NCBI GenBank assembly: GCA_964342695.1 | Contig: CAYFFV010000010.1 | Span: 5,146 to 69,145 of the forward strand | Origin: an uncultured Vicinamibacteraceae bacterium | Lineage (GTDB): Bacteria; Acidobacteriota; Vicinamibacteria; Vicinamibacterales; UBA8438 | Length of the DNA: 64,000 bases | Direction: 5' to 3' | In this document: one piece after another, positions 29,332 to 39,996 of the stretch | How positions within the stretch are numbered: the stretch's first letter is position 1 | Layout of the letters: each line of letters opens with the position of its first letter | Notes under the pieces: model-generated | Database searches by the model: none | What the model was told of the DNA's origin: nothing | Seen by the model: the letters and a program-made list of their open reading frames with translations, nothing else | Translations under genes and position numbers: made by a program

Positions 29332-30345
29332 TAAATAAGTTTGACTAAAGCCAGTACGTCCGTTGCTAATAGTGTACGAACGCCCCTCAGTGCCGACGAC
29401 AGCCTTAATCCAGAATCCGTCGCAATCGTCCTCGGTTGTAAGATTCGCGATATGGATTTCCCTAGCAAATGAATTGGGTGGCGCTTCGAGAGGTCGATGA
29501 AGTTGCCAGGTGTCCCCGATTTGAGGGATTGCGGAAATAATTTTAAATCCCTCGGCGTTTCCGCCTTTCGTAGGTCCATTATTAGTAACGGTGGCTTGAG
29601 GGCGTAGGGCCCACAATAACTGGGGAGCGAGATCATTGCCGTGATGAGGGATTTGTAGAAGATCGATTTCTCCAATTAAATTTTCTGGACATGCAAGTTT
29701 GTCCTGCATGTTAATGGTTGCGTCACCAAGGTCAAGAAATTGGAATGCCCCGAGCGAAAGCAGGTAGCCTACGCTGCGAGTGTTTTCTCCGGAATCTGGA
29801 GGCGAGAAGACCCCATTCTGACAGTACGGGTTTTGTCCAAGTGGTAACAGTGCGTGGTCTAGCGTTTTTCCATTCGAGAGGACGAAAAGAAACTCTAGGT
29901 CGGTAAATGGAAGTTTCTCGCCGGGGCGAATAGTCCTCCGGTTGTCCTTTGTGATTTTCTGGTATAGCTCCCAAGTCTGTCGACGTTCGGGAGATAATTC
30001 AACGCTCTCGCCGTGATCGATAAAAGTTTCAATTTCAACTGCTTCGCTAAGTTCGAATAATCCGCCAACGTGATCCCGGTGAAAATGAGAGGCTATAAAA
30101 TAATCAATTCTATCTATTCCCGCATCATCTAAGGCGGCTTTTATTCGTGTGCTATCTCGTTTGTCTTTGCGAGGCCAACCTGCGTCCATCAATATTGATC
30201 GACGAGAGGGTGTAATAATCAGAGTGGACGCGCCACCTTCTACGTCGATCCAATAGATACTCAGGTTTTTAGCCCCAAGATCAATATTGATTAAAAATAT
30301 CGTTCCCAGTATTGCGAGCACCGTGCGAAAATCTGTCCAGGGCAT
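29323..30345 (-). CDS. exported or anchored metallo-beta-lactamase-fold hydrolase (ComEC-type MBL domain)
   Basis: SHFHRDHVGG metal-binding motif and an N-terminal hydrophobic segment. Confidence 0.65.
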   Translation of the reverse strand: MPWTDFRTVLAILGTIFLINIDLGAKNLSIYWIDVEGGASTLIITPSRRSILMDAGWPRKDKRDSTRIKAALDDAGIDRIDYFIASHFHRDHVGGLFELSEAVEIETFIDHGESVELSPERRQTWELYQKITKDNRRTIRPGEKLPFTDLEFLFVLSNGKTLDHALLPLGQNPYCQNGVFSPPDSGENTRSVGYLLSLGAFQFLDLGDATINMQDKLACPENLIGEIDLLQIPHHGNDLAPQLLWALRPQATVTNNGPTKGGNAEGFKIISAIPQIGDTWQLHRPLEAPPNSFAREIHIANLTTEDDCDGFWIKAVVGTEGRSYTISNGRTGFSQTYLSR

Positions 30346-30420
30346 TAAATGTTTTTAGTTCGCTTAATAAAGTTTTATTCAATTAATTATAACTTGATGA
30401 AAGGGTAGAATTATTAATTG

Positions 30421-30969
30421 ATGCCGAGTCCTGTTGCCCATGCCCTTGCAGGCGCCGTGTTCGGGTTGTGTGTTCAACGGAATGAGATTCCCAAGAAGAC
30501 GTGGTGGCCGCTTTTGGGGCGCTTTGATAGATCGTTCTTCTCTATCATTAGGGGAAAAGAGATATTAATATTTGGGACACTGGGTCTAGTGCCTGACATC
30601 GATTTTTTATTTGGCACGCATTCGACAGTTACGCACAGCGTCGGTGCAGTCGTTTTGCTTTTTATTTTTGCGGCACTAATTTCTGGTAGAGCAATGTTTT
30701 CGTTTGCGTGCGCGATCGCTTATTGGAGCCATCTGTTGCTGGACTGGGCTGGCACCGATGTGACGGCTCCGTACGGGATTATGATGTTTTGGCCATACTC
30801 ACAAGAGTTCTTTTTATCGGAAGTTAGTGTTTTTTCTGGGATTTGCAGAGAGTTTTCAGAATATAACTGCTGGCAGCACAACTTGAGAGCTCTAGGATGG
30901 GAGCTTTTAGTCCTTGGACCGCTCGCGATCTTTATGGTGATTCGTTCAAGGTCTACTAGAAATAACTAA
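30421..30969 (+). CDS. membrane-bound metal-dependent hydrolase, DUF457/YdjM-like
   Basis: N-terminal SPVAHAL, LVPDIDFLFG and THSVGAVVLL motifs, with several TM segments. Confidence 0.5.
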   Translation: MPSPVAHALAGAVFGLCVQRNEIPKKTWWPLLGRFDRSFFSIIRGKEILIFGTLGLVPDIDFLFGTHSTVTHSVGAVVLLFIFAALISGRAMFSFACAIAYWSHLLLDWAGTDVTAPYGIMMFWPYSQEFFLSEVSVFSGICREFSEYNCWQHNLRALGWELLVLGPLAIFMVIRSRSTRNN

Positions 30970-31097
30970 TGGGTGAGGTGTTGGTGTTCAAGACTCTTGT
31001 TTGTTTCTTTAGTGTCATCTTGACCGTTTCGTTTGAGGCATAGTAGCTTTAGTAATAGTGAGAGTTTTACCCACCTTCCAGAAAGATTTCACTCTTT

Positions 31098-32216
31098 ATG
31101 TCCGATGACAGAGAAAATGTCTTGAGGCAAACACCTCTCTATGAGATACACCGGTCACTAGACGCGCGGTTGGTTAATTTTGGTGGCTGGGAAATGCCGA
31201 TTTACTATAGCGGTATTTCGGAGGAACACTTAGCTGTGCGAACATCAGCGGGTTTGTTTGATGTAAGCCATATGGGGCAAATTGAGATCGCTGGGGCGGA
31301 CGCCTTAAACGTGCTTCAGGCTGTAACTTGCAATAATGCGGCTGCGTTAAATGTTGGGCAAGCTCAATATAGTGTCTTGACGACAAAGATTGGTACTTGC
31401 GTTGATGACGTCCTTGTGTATCGATTGGCAGAGGAGCATTTTTTATTGGTCGTAAATGCCGGCAATATTGAAAAGGATTATGCTTGGATAAAGAACTCTG
31501 TTGACGAATCTCATGATGTTGCTGTCGTAAATACCAGCAATCGATACGCATTACTTGCACTTCAGGGTCCTATGGCTAGTGAAATTCTTCAACCATTCGT
31601 AGGGACCGAGCTCTCCGACTTAAGTTACTATTATTTTGTTACTGGAGAGGTGGATGGAGAGCGGGCAACTATTTCCAGAACTGGATATAGCGGTGAGGAC
31701 GGCTTTGAAATCTTTGTGTCACCCAGGGCGGCCTCGAAAATCTGGAAAACTCTATTAGCTGGTGGGGCAAGTGAGGGTGTTTTACCTATAGGTCTTGGAG
31801 CACGTGATACATTACGGCTAGAAGCAGCTTACCGATTGTACGGAAATGATATTAACGAAACGACCACGGTCTTGGAGGCAGGTTTGGGGTGGACCATTTG
31901 TTGGGATAAAGGTGATTTCATAGGAAGAGAATCTCTTGAAACTCAAAAACGAGACGGATTATCTCGGAAATTGATTGGTTTTAAATTGAATGACAGAGGC
32001 ATAGCGAGGCGTGGCTATTCGGTGAACAGTCACGGGCAACTGATTGGGACCGTCACCAGTGGAACGCAGACTCCTTTTCTTAAGAGTTCTATAGGGATGG
32101 CCTATGTCGAGATCGAGAACAGCAGGGTAGATAGTGAAATTGAAATTGACGTCCGCGGCCGTTCTCTTAAAGCTAACGTAGTCAAGCTACCATTTTATAG
32201 GCGCCCAGGGAAGTAA
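31098..32216 (+). CDS. gcvT: glycine cleavage system aminomethyltransferase (T protein)
   Basis: TPLYEIH...GGWEMPIYY...AGLFDVSHMG and GYSGEDGFEI. Confidence 0.95.
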   Translation: MSDDRENVLRQTPLYEIHRSLDARLVNFGGWEMPIYYSGISEEHLAVRTSAGLFDVSHMGQIEIAGADALNVLQAVTCNNAAALNVGQAQYSVLTTKIGTCVDDVLVYRLAEEHFLLVVNAGNIEKDYAWIKNSVDESHDVAVVNTSNRYALLALQGPMASEILQPFVGTELSDLSYYYFVTGEVDGERATISRTGYSGEDGFEIFVSPRAASKIWKTLLAGGASEGVLPIGLGARDTLRLEAAYRLYGNDINETTTVLEAGLGWTICWDKGDFIGRESLETQKRDGLSRKLIGFKLNDRGIARRGYSVNSHGQLIGTVTSGTQTPFLKSSIGMAYVEIENSRVDSEIEIDVRGRSLKANVVKLPFYRRPGK

Positions 32217-32222
32217 GGTGAT

Positions 32223-32594
32223 ATGAGTCAGAGAGAGCTAAGGTATTCAAAAGATCATGAATGGATAAGGGCTGAGAGTGACAAGGGTAAAATTGGAATT
32301 ACCGCGTTCGCTCAAGAACAATTAGGTGAAATCGTGTACGTCGAACTGCCTGAGGTTGGCAGTGTCTTCGCTCAAGGAGACCAGTTTGGTTCTATAGAGT
32401 CGGTGAAGGCTGTGTCAGATTTGTATTGCCCCGTTTCAGGTGTGGTGATCGGAGTAAATGAATCGGTGGTTGACGCGCCTGACTTAGTAAACAAAGACCC
32501 TGAAGCGGCATGGCTGATTGAAATTGAATTAAATGATTCAAATGAAATGTCGTCATTGTTGGAATCTGCAGAATACGATGAGCTCGTGAAATAG
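32223..32594 (+). CDS. gcvH: glycine cleavage system H protein
   Basis: YSKDHEWI and the lipoyl-lysine motif ESVKAVSDLY. Confidence 0.95.
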   Translation: MSQRELRYSKDHEWIRAESDKGKIGITAFAQEQLGEIVYVELPEVGSVFAQGDQFGSIESVKAVSDLYCPVSGVVIGVNESVVDAPDLVNKDPEAAWLIEIELNDSNEMSSLLESAEYDELVK

Positions 32595-35480
32595 ATGAGT
32601 AACGACCGAGTTGATAGTTTTAAAAACAGACATCTTGGTTCGCGAGAATCAGAAATAGAGAGGATGCTTTCCGTCGTAAAAGCGGATTCTCTCGATCAAT
32701 TGATCGATGAAGTGGTTCCCTCAAAGATCAAATCAAAAAAAGATTTAGAAATCCAGCTTCCTGAGACGGAGAGAGATTTTCTCGAAAGACTTCGGGTTTT
32801 GGGTAGCAAGAATGCATGTGCAAGGTCGTTTATAGGTGCAGGGTATTATGGAACAATTCTTCCTAGTGTAATCCTCCGCAATGTTTTTGAAAATCCAGGT
32901 TGGTATACCCCGTACACGCCCTATCAGGCTGAAATATCACAAGGTCGCCTCGAGGCCCTTCTAAATTATCAGACGATGATTGAAGATATGACAGGGATGG
33001 AAGTTTCGAACGCTTCTCTCCTTGATGAGGGGACTGCGGTAGCCGAAGGCATGATGATGGGGCATCGCGTCCAGAAAAAAAAGAGACACCTGAAAAATCG
33101 ATGTGTTGTCTCCGAAAGTTGTTTCTCTCAAACCATCGAGGTGCTTAAGGGGCGCGCGGATCCCTTGGGTATAGAGATAAAGATTTCAAGTGATGAGAAA
33201 AGCTTCATAAGCGGCGATACTTTTGCTCTAGTCCTTCAAAATCCTGATGCAGACGGCAGGGTTCGAGATATAGAGAAAATAATAGAAACTGCTCATGCGA
33301 ACGATGTGTTTGTCGTGGTCGCGACAGATTTACTGGCATCGGTCCTAATTAAACCTCCTGGCGAAGTAGGTGCTGATGTTGTGGTTGGGAGTGCTCAAAG
33401 GTTTGGAGTGCCGATGGGGTACGGGGGACCCCATGCAGCTTTTTTTGCAACAAAGGAAGCACACATTCGACAGGTCCCAGGCAGATTGATTGGCGTTTCG
33501 ATTGATTCTCATGGTCGGCGGGCGTATCGAATGACTCTTCAAACGAGAGAGCAGCATATCCGGCGCGAAAGAGCGACGTCGAATATTTGCACGGCTCAAG
33601 CATTGCTGGCGAATATCGCCGGATTTTATGCTGTTTACCATGGCCAGCAAGGATTGTCTGAGATCGCGCAAGAAGTGCATAAAAAGACATTATTACTTGC
33701 AGATAAGCTGAGTTCACTTGGATGCACACTCCGTCATCGAGAATTTTTTGACACGATACGCATTGATGCAGGGGGGATGCCTGTAACGCGGAGAATTAGA
33801 GAGGCAGCGGAAAAGAAGCTGATTAACTTCCGCTATTTTGATGATGGAGATATCGGCATCTCCATCGACGAGACCGCTAAGCTTACTGAAATAGATGAAA
33901 TTATAAGAATATTTGAAAGTGCAAAAGATGAATCGAGAGTTGGGCAGGTTTTAAATAGGAATAAAATGTGGTGCGGTATTCCTGGTGCGCTTCGGCGACA
34001 AACCGAGTTTCTGACCCATCCAGTCTTTAAATGCAATCAATCCGAATTGCAGATGATGCGGTATTTAAAGCGGCTTGAATTGAAAGATCTCGGCCTAGAC
34101 ACCTCGATGATTCCTCTAGGTTCATGCACGATGAAATTAAATGCTGCAACTGAGATGCGTGGATTATCATGGGCTGAATTTAGTGATGCCCATCCGTTTT
34201 CGCCCGTTAACCAAATGGATGGATATCACGTTATTTTTGAAGATCTAATGAAGGCCTTGTGCGAAATTACTGGCTTCTATGCAGTCTCTCTGCAGCCGAA
34301 CTCTGGATCGCAAGGAGAATTTGCGGGATTGATGGTGATTAGGAAGTTTCATCGTTCTCAAGGGCAGGGACAGCGAGATGTGGTATTGATACCAGCATCT
34401 GCGCATGGGACTAATCCAGCCAGTGCTGCTATGGCGGGAATGAAAATCGTAATTGTGGAATGCGATGCTGGCGGGAATGTTAACGTAGAAGACTTAAAGA
34501 AAAAGTTGGCCTTACACAGAGACAGACTGAACGCTTTGATGATTACATATCCATCAACTCATGGAGTGTTTGAAGATGAAATCCAAGAGATCTGTAATCT
34601 TGTGCATGAGAGTGGTGGACAAGTTTATATGGACGGAGCCAATCTGAATGCGCAAGTAGGTTTAACAAGCCCAGCATTAATTGGTGCGGATGTATGTCAT
34701 CTTAACCTCCATAAAACATTTGCTATTCCGCATGGAGGCGGAGGGCCGGGAATGGGTCCAATTGCAGTGGCTAAACATTTAAGCCCATTCTTGCCTGGTC
34801 ACCCTGTTGTGCCCACAGGTGGCTTAAATGCCATTGGTCCTGTGTCCGCGGCGCCATGGGGGAGTGCGAGTATTCTCTTGATTTCGTATGCGTATATATG
34901 TCTCTTGGGCAGGACAGGGCTTAAAGAAGCGACACGGGTAGCAATTCTAAATGCGAACTATATTAAAAGTCGTTTAGAAGGTCATTACGATGTCTTGTAC
35001 TCGGGAGCGAGCAATCGCGTCGCCCATGAACTGATTTTTGATTTAAGGTCGTTTAAGGGCTTCGGAGTTAATGAGAGAGATGTAGCGAAGCGATTAATGG
35101 ATTATGGTTTTCATGCACCTACTGTTTCTTTTCCTGTAGCGGGCACCCTTATGATTGAGCCAACGGAAAGTGAGCCACTTGAAGAGCTTGATCGTTTTTG
35201 TGATGCGATGATCTCGATTAGGATGGAAATAAACGAAGTTAAATCAGGACGCGTGGACCAAGTCGACAACGTGTTAAAGAATGCTCCGCACACCGCAGAA
35301 GAGTTGGTGGGAAACGAATGGGACCATCCATACTCACGAGAATCGGCAGCGTTTCCCCTTGAGTTTGTTCGACGCAATAAGTACTGGCCGCCTGTTAGTC
35401 GAATCAATGATGCGCATGGCGATCGCAACTTAATGTGTTCGTGCCCTCCGCTTGAAAGTTATGCAAAAAGAAACAGCTAA
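32595..35480 (+). CDS. gcvP: glycine dehydrogenase (decarboxylating), single-chain P protein
   Basis: 961 aa. PGWYTPYTPYQAEISQGRLEALLN and NLHKTFAIPHGGGGPGMGPI (PLP lysine region). The start is adjacent to the gcvH stop. Confidence 0.95.
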   Translation: MSNDRVDSFKNRHLGSRESEIERMLSVVKADSLDQLIDEVVPSKIKSKKDLEIQLPETERDFLERLRVLGSKNACARSFIGAGYYGTILPSVILRNVFENPGWYTPYTPYQAEISQGRLEALLNYQTMIEDMTGMEVSNASLLDEGTAVAEGMMMGHRVQKKKRHLKNRCVVSESCFSQTIEVLKGRADPLGIEIKISSDEKSFISGDTFALVLQNPDADGRVRDIEKIIETAHANDVFVVVATDLLASVLIKPPGEVGADVVVGSAQRFGVPMGYGGPHAAFFATKEAHIRQVPGRLIGVSIDSHGRRAYRMTLQTREQHIRRERATSNICTAQALLANIAGFYAVYHGQQGLSEIAQEVHKKTLLLADKLSSLGCTLRHREFFDTIRIDAGGMPVTRRIREAAEKKLINFRYFDDGDIGISIDETAKLTEIDEIIRIFESAKDESRVGQVLNRNKMWCGIPGALRRQTEFLTHPVFKCNQSELQMMRYLKRLELKDLGLDTSMIPLGSCTMKLNAATEMRGLSWAEFSDAHPFSPVNQMDGYHVIFEDLMKALCEITGFYAVSLQPNSGSQGEFAGLMVIRKFHRSQGQGQRDVVLIPASAHGTNPASAAMAGMKIVIVECDAGGNVNVEDLKKKLALHRDRLNALMITYPSTHGVFEDEIQEICNLVHESGGQVYMDGANLNAQVGLTSPALIGADVCHLNLHKTFAIPHGGGGPGMGPIAVAKHLSPFLPGHPVVPTGGLNAIGPVSAAPWGSASILLISYAYICLLGRTGLKEATRVAILNANYIKSRLEGHYDVLYSGASNRVAHELIFDLRSFKGFGVNERDVAKRLMDYGFHAPTVSFPVAGTLMIEPTESEPLEELDRFCDAMISIRMEINEVKSGRVDQVDNVLKNAPHTAEELVGNEWDHPYSRESAAFPLEFVRRNKYWPPVSRINDAHGDRNLMCSCPPLESYAKRNS

Positions 35481-35515
35481 AGTATTTTTCTTTCTCTTTA
35501 TTGCTGTAATGGCTT

Positions 35516-36403
35516 TTAAGGCTTTGATAGCTCAAGAGCTCTTAATCGAAAAGCCTTAGAAAGCTTCTTTGTTACAGGGCCTGGGTTCCCTCCATTAACA
35601 AGCTTATCGTCAAGAGATGTGATCGGTAGCACTTCCCGCGTTGTGCTTGTTATGAACATCTCTTCCGCGGTCGCAAGATCGGACTCGCGGAGCACAGTCT
35701 CTCTTACGGTGATTCCGACTGAGAGACCAACTTCGAAAAGAAAATTCCTTGTGACTCCCTCAAGAAGCCCAGATGCAAGAGAGGGCGTTAAAGCTTCACC
35801 GTTGTGCACTAAGAAATAATTTGCCTGCGCGCACTCAGCGATTTCGCCGCGATGATTAAGCATTAGCGCCTCAGTAGCACCGTTTCTTAAAGCTTCCTGC
35901 ATCGCAAGTGCGCTGTTTAGAAGATTATTTGATTTTATTAATGGATTTAATGCTCTTGGATGATTTCTTATAACTGAAGAAACAATTACATGGATTCCGC
36001 CAGACATCTCTTGTGGCCCTCCGTCGAGATGAGGTTTTACAATGATTACAGTAGTTGGCTTTTTGCACGGTGCTGGGTCATAGCTTAATTCGCCTGTGCC
36101 ACGTGTTAACAGGATCCTTATGTAGTATTCAGATTCAGAGGTCGCTGCAGCGATTGTCTTAGTTATTTGTTCACGAATTTCTGAGTCAGAAAATGAAGAA
36201 GATAGTCCGATTGAGTCTGCCGATGAATTGAGGCGATCAAGGTGGCGTTCTAAAAGAAAAGGTTTGCCATGATAGGTTCGAAGCGTTTCGTAGACGCCCT
36301 CACCAAACAGAAAACCATGATCCAATACGGGTATAGTCGCCTTGTCCCCACTAGCGATTTGACCATTAATATTTACTGTAGTGTGTTGCATTAGTGCTCC
36401 CAC
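35516..36403 (-). CDS. class IV (fold type IV) aminotransferase, branched-chain/D-amino-acid aminotransferase or ADC-lyase type
   Basis: GFLFGEGVYETLRTY, ...E...NYFLV and EMFITSTTREVLPI are typical class IV patterns. Confidence 0.75.
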   Translation of the reverse strand: MGALMQHTTVNINGQIASGDKATIPVLDHGFLFGEGVYETLRTYHGKPFLLERHLDRLNSSADSIGLSSSFSDSEIREQITKTIAAATSESEYYIRILLTRGTGELSYDPAPCKKPTTVIIVKPHLDGGPQEMSGGIHVIVSSVIRNHPRALNPLIKSNNLLNSALAMQEALRNGATEALMLNHRGEIAECAQANYFLVHNGEALTPSLASGLLEGVTRNFLFEVGLSVGITVRETVLRESDLATAEEMFITSTTREVLPITSLDDKLVNGGNPGPVTKKLSKAFRLRALELSKP

Positions 36404-36481
36404 AAAAAATCAATCTTTAATTAGCAAAGATCGATTTACATGTAAAAGTATTTCATATGCTACTGTAGCAAGTGAAATAAC

Positions 36482-38032
36482 ATGCGAATTCTGAATCATA
36501 AACAAGCACGAGCGGCGGATCGTCAATCGATTGAAGATTATGGTATCTCGGCTGAAAGATTGATGGAAAATGCGGGGGTTAGTGTGGTTGATGCTCTGGA
36601 GAGAACGCTGGGCGATTTAGATGATCTGCGTGTAGGTGTTTTGTGTGGGATAGGTAATAACGGGGGTGACGGCCTTGTTGTTTCGAGGCTGCTTTCCGAG
36701 TTTCAGTGCGATGTGCAGGTCTGGATTGTTGGTGATTTAACACGGATGACCCAGGACACCAAATCTCAATATGACAGACTTATATCAGCTGGCACGTCTA
36801 TTGTAACTGTGACAGAGATTGAAGAGTTAAAGAACAGGGAGGAGGAATTAAATAATTGGGATGTGGCAATCGATGCTTTGTTGGGCACTGGCATTAATAA
36901 ACCATTGACTGGTTTGTTGAAAATGATCGTCGCACATCTTAACGAGAATTCTTCTTTTGTTGTCTCAATCGATGTCCCGACAGGTTTGTCTGATTCCAAT
37001 TTATCAATAGGACATTGTGTGGAGGCAGATTTGACTGTCTCCCTTGGCGCTATCAAGACGACTTTACTCTCGCCTTCTGTGCGTGATAGCGTGGGTGACT
37101 TGTGCGTTGGAGATATAGGCATACCACCGGAAGTGATTGAGAACCTCCAAGGACCAAGACTATCCCTTTTAATGCCTGATGAAATAGCGGCAGTCATTCC
37201 AGAAAGAAGGCGTTCTTCTCACAAGGGGAATTATGGTCATGTACTGATTATTGGGGGTTCTGTAGGGAAAACTGGGGCTGCAATTCTGGCGGGTTATGGT
37301 GCTTTAAAGTCAGGAGCAGGCTTAGTTACGATAGCTGCACCAGAAAAATCAATTCCCACAATTGCAGCTCATATGCCCGACTATATGACGTTGCCCTTGG
37401 TTCAGGGTTCAACTGGAGAATTTGAAGAAGAGTGTATTGAAGCACTTCTTGAGTCAAAGGTCGACGTTATTGCCATCGGTCCTGGCCTTGGGACTGAAGT
37501 ATTTATGCAGAACTTGCTTTACAGGTTGTTCGAGTCATCGACTTGTGGGTTTGTATTAGATGCGGACGCTCTTAATATTTGCGCGTTAGACATGAATCAG
37601 TTTCGAAATAGAAACAAGTCAGGTGACCTTGTAATAACCCCCCATCCCGGCGAGATGGCTCGTCTATGTGGAGATAGCGTAGAAACGGTTCAGAAGAATC
37701 GTTCAGAGATCGCAAAATCTTTCGCTGAAGAATACGGGGTTTATGTGATTCTAAAAGGCGCGAATACTGTTATTTCTAGTCCGAAGGGAGAAATGTTTTT
37801 GAATCCAACTGGAAATCCTGGAATGGCTACGGGAGGTGCTGGTGATTTACTTGCTGGAGCGGTTGCCGGTTGGATGGGACAGATAGACTCATTAGATGCC
37901 TGTAAGGCAGCGACTTATATCCATGGCTTGGCGGGAGATATTGCAGCGGAGGAAAGTGGGGAAGTGAGTATCACAGCAACAGACATAAAAAATTGTTTTT
38001 CGAGGGCTACCACCGAGTTGTGTGTACAGTGA
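36482..38032 (+). CDS. nnr: bifunctional NAD(P)H-hydrate repair enzyme (epimerase + ADP-dependent dehydratase)
   Basis: YjeF_N region (GIGNNGGDG) and a C-terminal carbohydrate-kinase region (HKGNYGHVLIIGGS, GGAGDLLAG). Confidence 0.9.
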   Translation: MRILNHKQARAADRQSIEDYGISAERLMENAGVSVVDALERTLGDLDDLRVGVLCGIGNNGGDGLVVSRLLSEFQCDVQVWIVGDLTRMTQDTKSQYDRLISAGTSIVTVTEIEELKNREEELNNWDVAIDALLGTGINKPLTGLLKMIVAHLNENSSFVVSIDVPTGLSDSNLSIGHCVEADLTVSLGAIKTTLLSPSVRDSVGDLCVGDIGIPPEVIENLQGPRLSLLMPDEIAAVIPERRRSSHKGNYGHVLIIGGSVGKTGAAILAGYGALKSGAGLVTIAAPEKSIPTIAAHMPDYMTLPLVQGSTGEFEEECIEALLESKVDVIAIGPGLGTEVFMQNLLYRLFESSTCGFVLDADALNICALDMNQFRNRNKSGDLVITPHPGEMARLCGDSVETVQKNRSEIAKSFAEEYGVYVILKGANTVISSPKGEMFLNPTGNPGMATGGAGDLLAGAVAGWMGQIDSLDACKAATYIHGLAGDIAAEESGEVSITATDIKNCFSRATTELCVQ

Positions 38033-38044
38033 AAAGGGATTTTA

Positions 38045-38452
38045 ATGAATAAGAGTTGCTCCGTCGAAGAGACTGTTCAATTGGCAAAAGGGTTGGCTTG
38101 TCAATTACCCCAAGGAGGTTTGGTTTTACTTTACGGTGATTTAGGTGTGGGCAAGACAGTGTTTGTCAAAGGTCTGGTTGAGGGTTTCAAAGGTTCTCGG
38201 GAATCGGTGAATAGTCCCACGTTTACAATAATGCAACACTATGAGGGTAGGCTTCCAATAACTCATGTTGACCTTTACAGACTCTCCATGCGAGAAGTAG
38301 AGGATCTGGGACTTGAAGAGGTAATTGAGGAGTCTGGTGTTACGGTTATTGAGTGGGCCGACCGGATTGGAGAGCCATACCCTGAGGCCGTTAAGGTGAC
38401 AATAAGTGATGCGGGCGCGGATCAACGGACCATCGATATTCGTTTTCCCTAA
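38045..38452 (+). CDS. tsaE: tRNA t6A37 biosynthesis ATPase TsaE
   Basis: 135 aa. GDLGVGKTVFVKG, SPTFTI and HVDLYRL. Confidence 0.9.
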   Translation: MNKSCSVEETVQLAKGLACQLPQGGLVLLYGDLGVGKTVFVKGLVEGFKGSRESVNSPTFTIMQHYEGRLPITHVDLYRLSMREVEDLGLEEVIEESGVTVIEWADRIGEPYPEAVKVTISDAGADQRTIDIRFP

Positions 38453-38466
38453 AAAAATTAATCGGT

Positions 38467-39996
38467 TTATTCGCCTCTGTAATTTGGTGCCTCTTTTGTT
38501 ATAACCACGTCATGCACATGACTCTCCCTGACACCAGCTGGTGTGATTCTCATAAGATGACAGTTCTGCTGGAGGTCGGCTATTGTCGGTGAGCCACAAT
38601 ATCCCATTCCCGCCTTAACCCCACCAACTAATTGGTGGATCATGCTCGCGACAGGGCCTTTATGGGGCACACGAGCCTCGATGCCCTCAGGGACTAACTT
38701 TTGGCCACTCTCGTCGTTTGGCATGCGTAAGTCGTACTCTTCTTGAAAATACCGATCTCTGCTACCTTTACGCATGGCGCCGATTGAGCCCATTCCCCGA
38801 TATTCTTTAAATGTTCTTCCTTGGTAGAGAATCAGTTCGCCTGGGCTTTCGTCTGTTCCACCAAATAAACTCCCGGCCATGGCTGTGCTAGCACCAACAG
38901 CAAGCGCTTTTGTGATATCGCCCGAATAACGGATGCCCCCGTCAGCAATTACAGGAACGCCTTCGCGTGCAGCAGCTTGAGCGCAGTCCGTAATTGCTGT
39001 GATCATTGGCACTCCTATTCCTGCGACAATTCTGGTTGTGCAGATGGAACCTGAGCCTATTCCGACTTTAATGCCGTCTACGCCGGCATCTATTAATGCT
39101 GTCGCTCCGTCTGCAGTAGCTACATTACCTGCGATTATGTCGGTTTTAGGAAATTCCTTTCGAAGAGTTCTGGCGGTCGTTAAAACATTTTCAGAATGCC
39201 CGTGCGCGCTGTCTAAAACGAGAACATCAACGTGAGCATCCACGAGAGCCGTAGCCCTCAGTAATGTGTCCTTTGCTATGCCAACGGCAGCGCCAACACG
39301 CAAGCGTCCCAGGGTGTCTTTACTGGCCATTGGATATTTGATCATTTTTTGTATGTCCTTGACGGTAATGAGTCCTCGAAGGTTGAAACTGCCATCGACT
39401 ACGAGTAGTTTTTCTACGCGGTGTTTGTGAAGAATTGTCTTAGCCTGATTTAAAGTGGTGCCGACAGGTACCGTAATTAGGTTATCTTTCGTCATCACTT
39501 CAGAGATAGTCTTCTTAATGTCGTCCTGAAAGCGGAGATCTCGATTTGTGAGAATTCCGACGAGGTAACCCTCGTTACTGCCGTCTTTAGTAATCGGGAC
39601 ACCTGATATTCGGTATTTCTTCATCAGGTCAAGAGCCTCCTGTATTGTGCTGCCCGGCGAGAGTGTGATTGGGTTCACGATCATGCCACTTTCAGATCTT
39701 TTAACCCTATCGATTTCTGCGGCTTGACTGGTGATTGAAAGGTTTTTGTGAATAATTCCAATGCCACCGAGTTGAGCCATAGCTATCGCCATCCTCGATT
39801 CTGTAACAGTATCCATGGCTGCGCTAACCAAGGGCACGTTGAGTGAAATATTTTGTGTTAGCTGGGTTTCTACAGAGACCTCACTAGGCAAAACGGTTGA
39901 ATGTTGGGGTACGAGTAAAACGTCATCAAAGGTGAGAGCTGTGTGTATGTTTTTATACGGCTGATCAGGGTCCTGACTAACAGGCTGTATTTTCAT
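38467..39996 (-). CDS. guaB: IMP dehydrogenase
   Basis: [10 protein letters not shown], a CBS pair and the [11 protein letters not shown] catalytic loop. The ATG at 39994-39996 overlaps the secA stop (ATGA). An alternative upstream ATG lies at 40014. Confidence 0.95.
   Translation of the reverse strand: MKIQPVSQDPDQPYKNIHTALTFDDVLLVPQHSTVLPSEVSVETQLTQNISLNVPLVSAAMDTVTESRMAIAMAQLGGIGIIHKNLSITSQAAEIDRVKRSESGMIVNPITLSPGSTIQEALDLMKKYRISGVPITKDGSNEGYLVGILTNRDLRFQDDIKKTISEVMTKDNLITVPVGTTLNQAKTILHKHRVEKLLVVDGSFNLRGLITVKDIQKMIKYPMASKDTLGRLRVGAAVGIAKDTLLRATALVDAHVDVLVLDSAHGHSENVLTTARTLRKEFPKTDIIAGNVATADGATALIDAGVDGIKVGIGSGSICTTRIVAGIGVPMITAITDCAQAAAREGVPVIADGGIRYSGDITKALAVGASTAMAGSLFGGTDESPGELILYQGRTFKEYRGMGSIGAMRKGSRDRYFQEEYDLRMPNDESGQKLVPEGIEARVPHKGPVASMIHQLVGGVKAGMGYCGSPTIADLQQNCHLMRITPAGVRESHVHDVVITKEAPNYRGE

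Noticed and set aside
30970-31097. Looked for a glycine riboswitch in the 128-nt spacer upstream of gcvT, where one is common.
   Set aside because: I could not find the conserved GGAGAG...CACCG / CUCUGGAGAG-type cores or a tandem aptamer arrangement. The spacer also seems too short for the tandem form. An Infernal scan would settle this.
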